A DNA stretch of 64,000 nucleotides from Styela clava (lineage: Eukaryota): assembly GCF_964204865.1 (NCBI RefSeq), contig NC_135257.1:1984001-2048000 (forward strand). The letters run 5' to 3'. The notes under the pieces were generated by a model that was not told the DNA's origin, did no database searches, and was given only the letters and a program-made list of their open reading frames with translations. Shown here one piece after another: positions 1-12,100 of the stretch. Each line of letters begins with the position of its first letter. Positions within the stretch are counted from its first letter, which is position 1. The position numbers were made by a program, and so were the translations under genes.

Positions 1-713
1 TTATACAAACTGGGCCTGAAAGCATACACGTAAAATTTTTTTCATTGTAATTAATTTTTATGGTGACTGTTCGAACCTGAAACGATTATTTTATGCGATA
101 TGGGATTATTGGGCGAAAGAAAGTTTAGAACAACTTTTAAATCAAATTAATTTCATGAACATCTGTAATGCCAGACGAATAAAAATTAAATACAATTTTT
201 AACGTCATATGTATAAGGCAGACTCGAATCCGAACTCTATACCATTAAACGTCGTTTTGACTTAAAACTATGACTTAGGTTGAGGAAACGTGATTTTTTT
301 CGTTGACAATGTTTTTTCAGTGAAAATGTTTATACCACTTTTAATATTATATCAATTAAAGTTTGAGTTATTGCCCCATTTTTAGCAGTGAATATATATA
401 TATATAAGAATTTCCTGGGAAAATAAACTGGATTTTTGAATCAACAAACACATGTTGATGACACCATTTTATAGATTTGTCAATTCACGCCAAGCATTCC
501 ACTTCAAAATATTTTTCCAACACTGTCTAATGTTTCAATAATCATCCCAAAGTCGAGAGCTTGTTTGGGCATGGATTTGCTGGTCTAAGGACACCACTAA
601 ATTAAATCATAGACGTGACGTATTAGATTATAAACCAAAACATATCGAGGCAAAGGCCTTATTGATATGTGTATCAAACAAACCGTCAACTAATTTAAAA
701 TATTTTTGTTTAG

Positions 714-2574
714 ACCTATGTTGGCCAAAGTTTTACCTCATGAAATATCATTTGAAAAAACACCGGCCTACTTCAACTGGAGACTCACGGTACCAGAACG
801 TCTTCGGGAACTTGTTCCTAAAGCCAAACTTTTACTTGTTTTGTGCGATCCTACCAAACGAACATATTCCGATTATTTCCAGGAGGTAAAATTCTATCGA
901 CTCATATTGTATTTTCCCGTGATGCTTCTGAATCGAGCACCTCTAGTTGTACATAGACATTTCAGTTTTTGTTTTTAGAATTCCAGTCCATTTGGGGGGA
1001 ATTACTGTCTTATTGTTATATTCTTTATTGTCTCGTTAACACTATAGTTATTGTTGCAAGACATTTAGAAGAATGCTGCTTAGCGTGAAAAAATTATAGA
1101 TTTGACATTAGTGTTTAAACTTTTGCTTTGGTATTGAAGAAGTTCATTTACTTTAATACGACTGCTATTTTAAATTAATTTTTTTCAAAGTTTGCTTTTC
1201 AGATTTTCCCCACAACATGTAAAAAAAGCATGGCCGGGTCCTTATGATTTCAGTAATACATTTTGATGTAATACATTTTATAACAGACATTGATGCATAA
1301 TCTTGAAGAAAAAACAACTTTTGAACAAATGGTTGATGACCTTCTTCTCTACTCCGCCAATTTAACTGCAAAAATGAATGAAAGCGAATCGGAGATGGTG
1401 TATATTGAGCAGTTATTTGAAAAAAACAGTACTAACCATATACTAACAACTGGATTGTATTACTATCATTTACTAAGGTAGTAGATATTTTTATTTTAGT
1501 TGTTGTTGTTATTGTTTGTATTTTTCATCTTGTTTCTCCTCAACTACAGGACCTATATCTTTGCAATTTTCAGTGTTATAAACTGTTGGTAAGCTATTAC
1601 TTTTAGTTTAGAATAATGGAAACGACGATTCCATTCTGTCAAGCGTGACGTTATACTTTTGCGAACTCCGTGCTATACTCCGTATTGGTCGCGTCGGCTT
1701 TCGACACTGCCGTTAGTTATTGGACCTTCTGTCAGTATATTTGAGCTTTGCTCTTTCTTTTTTTTTGAGGTTTTATTCTCAGCCCCAATAAAGATGAAAA
1801 CTTAATATAATGCAGGACTATTTTATTTCGTTTCGACAATCGTGACGCATCGATGAATATGCAAACCATCGTAAGCAGTTTGACACTATTCTACTGAAAT
1901 TATTTTCAATATTTTTATCAGATGGTATAAAGTGTTCAACAACAGTGATATATACATCGTAGACGGTGAGGAACTTATAGCTAATCCTGCTAAAGTCATA
2001 AAAGAGGTGAGTATAGATAAATAAACAATTTGACCAATACCTATGATCCAAGATCAAATTAATGTAATTGCTGCAGGAATTAGAGATAAAAACCCAAATT
2101 CAACGATAGATGCTTTAAAGCAGCATTTCATTATTATTATTTTTTTCATTGATAAATACAAGTTGTTTATATTATTACAATGCTCTACGCACAGAAATGA
2201 AATGAACTAAATAACTAAATCAATGTTATTAATTTTTTTTTTCCATGACCCTTGTTTATATAATTCTCTCGTTTTTAATTCTGTTTTGATTGCTTTAGGT
2301 TCAAGACTTTCTTCACATCCCAGAGTTCGTTTTACCGGAAAATATTCCAAAAGGACCGTCTGGGTTTTCTTGCTTCGCCAAGCCTTTAGTAGTGGAAAGA
2401 AACGGCGTTTTAGTCGCAGGAACAGCACGTACTTCTTGTATGACTGGAAAGGGAAGGACTAGAAAAGGAGCATGGGGTGTCGCGAACCCCGAATATATGG
2501 AAAAACTTCGCTTATTTTTTGCACCATTCAATGAAAAATTATATAAACTACTCGGTCGTAGATTTAATTGGTGA
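714..2574 (+). CDS. HS3ST: Heparan sulfate glucosamine 3-O-sulfotransferase-like protein, 3' four exons (5' part upstream of window)
   Basis: Exons 714-885, 1287-1477, 1922-2006 and 2299-2574 have AG/GT ends and join in frame. The translation contains FEKTPAYF, the 3'-PB motif LLLVLCDPTKRTYSDY, GLYYYHLLRW, IYIVDGEELIANP and C-terminal C..C..KGR...LRLFFAPFNEKLYKLLGRRFNW*, all typical of the HS3ST family. The paralog cannot be determined. Confidence 0.88.
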
Positions 2575-2825
2575 CGATCGATTAAACGTTAATTCATCCT
2601 GCACATATCATATGCTCTAGAAATTATACCGCCTAATTTAGGGCAACGAAAAAATATTTCATGATGTAGCATAAGATAATAAATTTACTAGTAATGGATT
2701 GCCCGCTCGCTTCCTTGAATATGAGTATGCTAGGAAACGCTTCTCAGTACTACTCGCACGTGCCAGATTAAACTAAATTAAAAACTCGTTTCGAGGACTG
2801 CACACCATTCAAAATTGGCACTTTT

Positions 2826-2881
2826 CCGCGGGCCGCTTAATTTCTTTTTGTGGCCCGCGGGCCGCAGGTTGCACACCCCTG
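2826..2881. mobile_element. Truncated hAT-type MITE right end
   Basis: CCGCGGGCCGC...GGCCCGCGGGCCGCAGGTTGCACACCCCTG resembles the right termini of the complete elements at 31243-32055 and 50953-51498. No matching left end was seen. Confidence 0.55.
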
Positions 2882-3159
2882 CCCATAGAGAGCTAAACTG
2901 TCTTTTTTAGACAGGAGGCCTCGTAGAAACTTGAAATTTTGACTATTTAAGTTTAAATGAATATTCAGCTGAATCTAGGCTACTTATATATGCATTGAAA
3001 ATAATTGATTAATTTAATAAATATAACGAAAAGATTCATAGTAACCCCTAGTTATTCGAAATATTCATTTTCTCTGACTAATACGAACACAACACTGAAA
3101 CTATACCTTTATATTATTATATTTAAGGCAGCATGATTTTTGAATGACGGAGGAAATGG

Positions 3160-3376
3160 GTGTCTCCAAAATGTCGTGTCCCACTTGTACCACGTATCCC
3201 ACTGTACTACGTGTCCCACTGTACCACGTGTCCCATTTGTACCACGTGTTCCACTTGTACCACGTGTCCCACTAGTACCACGTGTCCCACTTGTACCACG
3301 TTTCCCACTTGACACGTGGTACAAGTGGAACACGTGGTACAAATGGGACAAGGGGGACACGACATTTTGGAGACAC
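3160..3376. mobile_element. Foldback-like MITE with internal 17-18-bp tandem repeats
   Basis: A 23-bp perfect TIR (GTGTCTCCAAAATGTCGTGTCCC / GGGACACGACATTTTGGAGACAC) encloses ~8 copies of GTGTCCCACTTGTACCAC followed by ~2 inverted copies. The TSD is unclear; AAAT lies near both sides. Confidence 0.8.
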
Positions 3377-4680
3377 AAATCCCCAAAAAAGCTGAGTTAA
3401 TGTCACATGCCTGAAAAAATTGCACCTATTTCAAATGAAATAAAACTCTACTTGATTTCATAACTTTGTTTTTCCTTGGATAGTAATCTGTCAACACGCC
3501 TTCCTTTTCACACACATAGAAAACGATCACTTGTTTCTTGAATTGGCCAGTGCGTTATCTTCCCGTATGCACATTTATCTATTTTAACAATCGAGAACTG
3601 TATTTTGTTTATCACGATTAATATAATGCAACGGACACTTTCCGACTTCCTAATTAGGTATGTGCCTGAAACTTCAGCGGAAGTTAGGCGACCCTGGAAA
3701 ATCATCTCGCGACCCCGCCCCGAGTACGTGTATGCAATCTGTCACAATAGACTACTGGATACCGGTACGCACGGCAGTCTACACGCCACATGGCGCACAC
3801 TTTTTAATGACGAAAAAAAAAACGAATCCCTTAGAGACAACAGGATAAAAGCCTTTAAGCGAAAAATACAATTTTCCACCACTGACCAACACAACAACTG
3901 ACCACCACAACAACAAAAGAGCGATTCTAAATGAACAACAACATAAGAATAATACAATCAATATGTACCTTTCGTGTCCAATAAAAAAAAAATTGCCGCT
4001 GAGTTACTTGATTCATACCTAAATTCCGAAACAGTAAAAACATGACCAACGACGCTTGACATAACGAAAACGAGTCAATGTTCATGATCACGAGTACATG
4101 ATTGAAAATGGTTGGTTGAATTTAAATTGTTACGTTTCAGTTAACATTTTTCTGTTTGTTACGGAAAGCCCGTTCCCGGGGGAACGTTACACACAACAAA
4201 ATCTTCTTGGTTATATAATATTATATATAATATAGGGTAAGCTGAGTTGTAGCTCAATATTTAATATTGCATTCATCCAGCTCTTAGTAAATTTGACTTT
4301 GTTCTCGCTAACTTTTTCGTATCTTTGCTTCTCTGAACCTGCCGACTTTCCGCGGGACGAACGAGTTAACCCCACAAGTGGGCTTTGTTTGTTGTAATAT
4401 ATAAATTATCAAATATATAATTAACAATAACCTGTACCATTGGTTTCTTAATATCTTTTCAGAGTGAATGATAGATAGTTCTTGATAATTCTTATTGCTT
4501 TTTATTAACTTGTGACTTTTATTAACACAATTTCAACTTTTGTTTGAAAGCTTGTCGACTACTTCCAACCTAACAATAGATTGTTAGCTAAAAGCTACTG
4601 AAATCTGAAACATAAGAAATTATCGGTGAGATAGGTCAACATGTAGTGCTATTCAAGATATGTTCTCATTAGCTACTGTG

Positions 4681-4884
4681 GGTTCCATTACATTTGAACC
4701 CACGTACATTTGAACCCATGACAATTGCACCTGTATGCTATTGCACCTATGGAATTTTTTTTGTTTTTTCGGATAGTTGAACTCATACTAACCCTAACCC
4801 ATGGGTTTTAGCACCGGCGTATAGATTGAACCCGTGGATATACACATGGGTTCAAATGTACATGGGTTCAAATGTACGGTCACC
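4681..4884. mobile_element. MITE with 9-bp TSD (Mutator-like target duplication length)
   Basis: TSD GCTACTGTG at 4672-4680 and 4885-4893. TIRs are GGTTCCATTACATTTGAACCCA / TGGGTTCAAATGTACGGTCACC with duplicated TACATTTGAACCCA subrepeats, and there is an internal CTAACCCTAACCC. Confidence 0.85.
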
Positions 4885-6125
4885 GCTACTGTGGCATGTG
4901 AAAGAAATAAAAGTCAGGAATTAATTGACCATATCATTTATTTGCATATCTCACAATATAATTATTGAAAGCAATTTGAAAAATATACAGATATAGGTAC
5001 ACAAACTATTATTAGCCTGTACAATAACAAGCATATATAGCAGTTAGAAAACTCAGATATTGAGATTTTGAGACATGATGATGATGCCAAATACATTAAG
5101 CATTCTGAGCCATTACCAAAAATTATTGGACATCGAAGAAACCAAAACTACTCTATCACAATTTGAAGGTGATGATAAAAAGCACAAAAGTATATTTACG
5201 TACTTTATCACGATTTACAAAATATCGTACCAATTTTCAATATTGAATTTATCAGAGTTTATTTTCAAATCAAAGCTATGCTGGAATAATTTTTAAACTA
5301 AAAATGTAAAAATAAAAAAAGCAATTCCACAAAAGAACGAATTTTTATACGAAATGAGTATTTTTAGACAATGTGATCATTTAAGATAGCATATTAAACA
5401 TTGCCACTGGGTATTCCAGAATATTCAAAAGAAATATATTTTAACTGCTTTTTCGAACTTGTTTTGCCAAACCAATTGTTTACTGGAGGGTGTTGTTATG
5501 ATCTAACCAAAGATTGAAATTGATTATAAAATACCCATCAGATGAACAGAATATGCAGAATTTTCACACAATACTAAATTCAAGCAGCTGAACACATGGT
5601 TGCGGAAAAACCCTAACTAGCAGACTGTCTAAATATCTTTATTCATTTTTTCAAAACAATGGTGAATATAATTCTAATTAGAAAAATACATTGATTCGAT
5701 TTAGTACTAGAAGAAAAAAAGCTTTGGCATAAAAGCATAATGATAAACATCTTATATATTAAAGTGAAAATTGAATCAATCCACATTTAGGTACTTTTAA
5801 CCAAAGTTCCACACATAAGGTAGTAGATTTTATATTGTGATATTTGGTGTGCCACAAGGATTACCCACGGGCAGGAAACATGAGAAAAAACGATTGACTA
5901 TGTATTAAAGTGAGCATTTTCCAACAAGCTCAATTTCATTCAGTGATAAATTCATGAATGTGTTCAAACTTAACAACATTAGAGATCTGCTTAGAAGGTC
6001 GACCAAATGATGCTATGATGTTATTGATTTGTACGACATCATTTTTCCACCTGGTAATAATACTGCTACCTATCTTGCTTCATCAATGATGCTTCTCAGA
6101 TTTTATCCATTGAAATACTCTATAT

Positions 6126-9100
6126 TTAAAATATATCGGGGCAGTTTGACCAGTCTCGTTTCTTGTACTTTGTGTCAAATATCCAATCAGGGGTATCAGT
6201 GATAGGATTGGTTCCATGTCTGAACCATCTGTAAAAGAATGCATTGAATGGGTTACATAGTAATACAGGTAGGAATTAAAGCAATTTATACATTCCATGA
6301 AATTGGATTGACAATACAATAGATTACCTAAGTACATTACACACATAAACAAAACCGAAAAAATGCATAAGTGGCTGTTTCTATACTGGTGGCTGTGTTT
6401 ATACTATTAAAACTAAACTTGTACTCTAAAAAAGTAAATACTAAATGGCGACATCAATAGTTATCACAAAAAAAAAACGCTTATACAAATCAATACCTTG
6501 GTGTCCATTCATCCTTGCTTTTATTTCTGAGTTTTCTTGCTGATCTTTGTTTTTCTTCCAACCTCCATTTCTGATCACCGGCACCATCTAGAGGAGAACA
6601 ACACACATTTCATTTAAAAAAAAATGGATACAAACTCCTAGTAGTTTGTTTAAGGAATATAGAAATATCATTAAACATTTGTACGTTGGTTCTAATAAAT
6701 GTTCAAGAGAAGAGTGAGGGAAAGGCAAACTGATGAAAATGTTAGTGATAATTGTGGGTCATGTTAATATTCTGCATTCATTTTTCTGGCTCAATGTTCT
6801 GGGCCTTGTTGAATGGAAAAGAATCCCAATGTTATACCCATGAAAGTTTGGTTTATAATTACAACTATCGCAGGTTTACAGTGATAGGTGTTAATACAGA
6901 GTTAGGATAATATTCTCATACTTATCTCTGGGCAGAGGGAAGTTGGGAATAGTTAACCAGTTATTCATTTTGAATACCATCATTCACACTACTAGTATAG
7001 TGCATGTGTAGCATTCTAGAGTGTGGACAACCAAAAATTAAAAGAATTAAGATGAGGTGTTGTTGATATAATCAAAATTATTTCATTTTTGATACCGAAA
7101 GGAAAACAGGTAATTTTAAATAATACTATTAATTAATTCTTACCAATATCACCATTTTCTTGGCACCTAACATCAGGTCTTTTCCTTGTATCTGTTGGAG
7201 GTAAGATATCTTCTTCACCTGGTGAATATTCGTTCAATGTCATCGCATAACTCGTGAAACTATAATACTGAAATAACAAGATCAAAATTATTTATATCTT
7301 ACTAAATCTTGACCAGCTTACAAACTTTTAATGCGTAAAGACGTGGCAAATTGCTTTTTGTCAAATGACTAATCTGTTTCTGCAATTGTGACTTCGCTCC
7401 AAAACACCAATCTAAACATGTTTCGGATATAGATCACAATTTCTTCATTTTATTCATAGTTTTCCATAGAGCAGAAAATAGCGCATCAAAAACCAAACAA
7501 TGTCTTAATTAATGCTTATATCAATGATTCTTAAGCATGATTCTTACAAAGTAAAACATGGTTTCAAAATGATATCAAATTACCTCTTTAGAAAATGAAG
7601 GTCTTTCTTTGACTTCCCATATTTTGATGCAATCATCGTCTTTAGATTTTTCCAAAGAGTCAAGTACCTCTGCTGCTGTTGTGGAAGTTCGAGAACTCTG
7701 TAAAAAAAGTTATACAAAAATATTATATATACAAAAATACATTATAATCGAAGAATATGTTGGACACAATCAAAATACTATCGAGATAATTTATTCCTTC
7801 TGACAGTTCATATGAAACATGCATATATACAGCAAGGGTGTGGGATAGAGAAATCTGAAGCAGATTCCAAACTACGTCGAGTCATTGGAGACACAAATTT
7901 AGACTTCGACTGCCGGATTGAAAAAATTTTGAATCCAAGTCGAGAAACTAAAAATTCAATTACAACAAATTTGGTGAATACAAACTGAACACACACTCAA
8001 TTGTCACAATTTTGACAGTTCTGAACAAGTCTGAAAGACTCCTACAGTTCAGCTCGCGCTCTAAACAGATTTAAAATATGACTCTTGCTATGATTCCAAT
8101 ATCAATAAACACATGACAGCTTGATATACAGTAATAAGACACATATATCAAATCGCATTCAATATTCACGACAAATTATGCCAAATTAATCGCGTTTGTT
8201 ACTTCAGTGTATTAAAACGAAGGATATGTTAATGTGAATATTATTTTCTAACGCACCGAAGATCCTTTTCTTTCTTTCCCAGGATTAACTTCACGTTTAT
8301 ACTTCTCATGAGCCTCGGGACTCAGTGAATACATATGTGTTGTCCAATCTCCTTCTAGATATCTCAATTTCTTTTTTCTATAGTTTACAAATAGACATTA
8401 TTAACAAATAAGAATGCATGCATTTCAGAAAAGCTGGTTCAAATAGACTGAAATGTACGATAGTTTATGTTTAAATTCTTCAAGGTGTATTTGAAGAAAA
8501 TACTGAGCACTGTTCAATTTAAGACTCAAACCGGCAACATCCACACAGCTTGCTTATTCTCAGACTCTCAATCTCACTCTGATAAAATGATAGGACTCTG
8601 ATGGGATTTTTATTTGTTTCCTTGGGGAGAGGAAGCAGGCTTAATTATATGGCAGACCCCAGCTCATCTGGTTGCCAATCCATGTCGGGTATGGAATTAG
8701 TTAGCCAGTTATTTGTTTCAGATGCTTGGACTTGATGGGTAATTGGTATTATCTTTTTCAAATACTCTCGGTATTTGAAAATATACAGATATTTCAGTAT
8801 AACTTCATTTGCTCTGACACCATAATGATACAAATTTATCACTTGCATCAAGCTTTCACTCTAGCTTACTTGGAGTCTTTAGCAATATAGGACATGAGTT
8901 AACAATAAATCAACAAAAAAAAGCAAAAAAAAGTCGAAAATGAGTGAAATGTATTTGTCATCAGTTTCTGCATCGTGCTATTGAACTCAACCCGGTTATG
9001 TGATATTAAATAAATTAGAAGGATTATAAACTTACTTAGAATTGACGATATATCCTTCGACTTTGTTAATATCATGTCGAAACCAACTGTGGGATTTGAA

Positions 9101-12100
9101 ATTCAAAACACACTTTTCATCTGTACTGTAATAACAATGAAAAATAAATTATTGATAATATAAGTGATATTTTAATACCTACCTAGGGACATGATAACCT
9201 GCAGCTACATAAAAGCCTTACCTTCCCACCTGTAACTCTGCTCTTCAGAACAAGTACTGATTGTTGGGGTAGGTTGTGGAAAGGTAAAATATTGTTTCAT
9301 GTTTAAACTTGATAATGATTACACAAGAATTTTGATCCAGATGCAAAAATCCAGAATATACCAGGTTGTATAAAACACCATGCCACTCACATAGTAGAAA
9401 AAAATTTAATGACAATGATCAAAATTAAGTCACCACAGACCTTATTGCAGTTCCATCACACAAAATTTGAATATTAAACAAATTTATGTAACAATAAAAC
9501 TACAAAATTCTTTCCAGGTTATATTCAAGAGTTTATACCAAGTTTTATTTAATAATTTTTACCAAAATTCACCAAAACTTTGATTTAATTTATTCATTCC
9601 TTGATGTGGAATATACTTCAAAAATTTACAAACCTATGATTAACTATATCAACAACACCGTGTTGTTCAATCCATGGTTTACCAACAACAACATTCTGAA
9701 CACTGCAATGTGGATTTGACCAAGTGAAGGTTTCATTTAACCTGGAATATATGGTATAAAAGGATAACTCATATTCTGCGATTTCTTGCCAATTCAAGAA
9801 GATTAGAATGAAATCCAAAAATTATATCCAAAGTAATGATACATAAAGTCAACTGTTCTACAAAAAAGAAGGCATGAGATGTGCCCAAAAAACACGGAAA
9901 TAAATTTCCTAATTGTTTCTGCAAAAGTGAAAATTTTTTTTAACACTTAACTACTGTTTGTGTATGATTGTACCCAAAGTTATTCTAGGACGCTTTTCAC
10001 AAAAGTCATGCTCTCTCCGGAATATGTTCCAAATGACCTGGATTCTGTTACTTGGGTCACCCAGTGTAATAAACATTTAAATCTTAAACAAGGGTATTCG
10101 ATTACTACGATTGAATTTATTTGAGTAACCTTTGAAATGTATTCATGATACTATACTTTATAGTTGTTTGGTTATCAAAATTGATATAAACATGCAAAAA
10201 TGCAATATCATGTACTGTGCACATATTACAATTTTATCAGTCTGATATACTATACTCTTGAAGTACTAATTTGATACAGAATTCGTGTAAGCAATTTTCT
10301 TACTCATTTAATGTTAGAGTCATTAATCCTTTGGGTTCCACTTCTACACTTTTCCCCCAGAATTTAAGTTTTGGATTAACACTTCCATGAAAATCAAATT
10401 CTGCATTTGTTCCAGTCACATGAAAGGCCGAAATTGGTGGATGATGAGATACTTGCTCAGATACCCAGGAAAATCCAATGTCTGGCCTGAAAGATGGAAA
10501 AACATGAAAAAAAAATTTTAAATACCGGTATGAAGGCTTGACAAATCAGAATGGCAGTGAGCTCTCGTTAGACTAAAGTCTAAAACAAGATATAACCTAT
10601 CAGTTCAATGCACAGTATTCTAGTACCCACTGCATAATATACCATCAATACTATTACAGTTAGTACTTAATTTCCCCAAAAAAAAGTTTTTTAATGCATT
10701 TTCCATACGATTGTTTTATGGAAACTATTTGAAAATACACTGTAGTATAAATACCAAAAATCATATATACCACCTGCCTATATAAAATAATATGAGACTG
10801 ACCTATTGCACTCAAAAGTTTCACCAAGTAATGGATTATACGGTTTTCCGACTCGTCCCAACTGTGACGCAAGAGCTGATACAGAGAATGCTGCAACAAT
10901 CTAGTAAAAGCAAAAGTACAATATTTTGAAAAATTATCTCACAGATATCGGAGATATAAAATACAAAATTCAATACTCATTAAACAACATCACCAATGAA
11001 AATTGTGTAAATTTGACAGCTCAGCTTGTCCAATGATGTGAAATTGATTCAAATATAGTCAAACTAGGCATAGATAAATCAAGAATTAGTAGAGATTAAG
11101 TACCAGAGACTAAGCTTAAGCCATTATAAAAAAGTTGCATTCTAGCTTTTAGAATGAATACTATATGAGAATATTTTGACTCAAGAAGGATTCTGTATGC
11201 AAGAAATGAGATATTATATATATATGTAAATAAATACGCTTGAAAATGAAATATCATAATTATTCCACTACAAACTATGACTAAATATTAAGTTGTTTCA
11301 TGAATAATAATAATAATATCACTGCTGAATAATCATTATTATTGCAGTGAATCAGAGGTCATTTGTGTATAACAAAAATTGATAAGATACGAATGTATTT
11401 ACAAGCGATATAAAATGATTTGTATTGAAAATGAGCTAAGTTATTAGCTGAGTTAAACATAAGTATAAAAATTCTGCAATAGGTTTCAATCAGGGGAAAA
11501 TCATACAATGAAAAATTCCTACTTATTTAATTTGTTTATAAAAGAATAAAACTTTAGATATTGATGACCAAATTCAATATTTTCACCTCTAATCGTTTTG
11601 TTGAATCTTTTATGGTGCAAGCTTCCCTAAGTAGGTGTGTATATTCCATATATTCAGAAAAACGTTGTAGAAAACTTAGAGGTTCATTGAATATAACAGG
11701 CATTGTAATCTTGGATAATTCCTGAAAAATTAGAATTCAACAATAAAACCGATGAAATGCATAAATATTTTTTATCAAATTTGTCAAATACTCATATATT
11801 GACTTGAAAATTTAAATTTGAATCGAGAATTAAAGAACACCACCAAAATATATTAAAAACAAACTTTTTTTCTTTCTTTCACTTTTTGCCACGATTTGGG
11901 CCTTATATGGAAATGACTTCAAGTCTAATGTTGAAACTAAATTTGATCCAGCGAGACGAGACACAAAATCAAGATAAAATTGATCCAAAGCAAACATAAT
12001 TAATTCAACGACTAAATCAGCAGAAATCCTTCATATAATGTAAACATGTTGGGTGAGGGTATTTGATTACATAGCATAGAACAAGGTACCTCTAGCAAGG

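Noticed and set aside
3109-3425. Repetitive ORFs (GTRGTS / PRVPLV)
   Set aside because: These are translation artefacts of the 18-bp repeats in the MITE.
6083-6352. ORF-track protein at the ORP1L 3' end
   Set aside because: Wrong frame. The true last exon (6228-6126) reads WFRHGTNPITDTPDWIF...CPDIF*.
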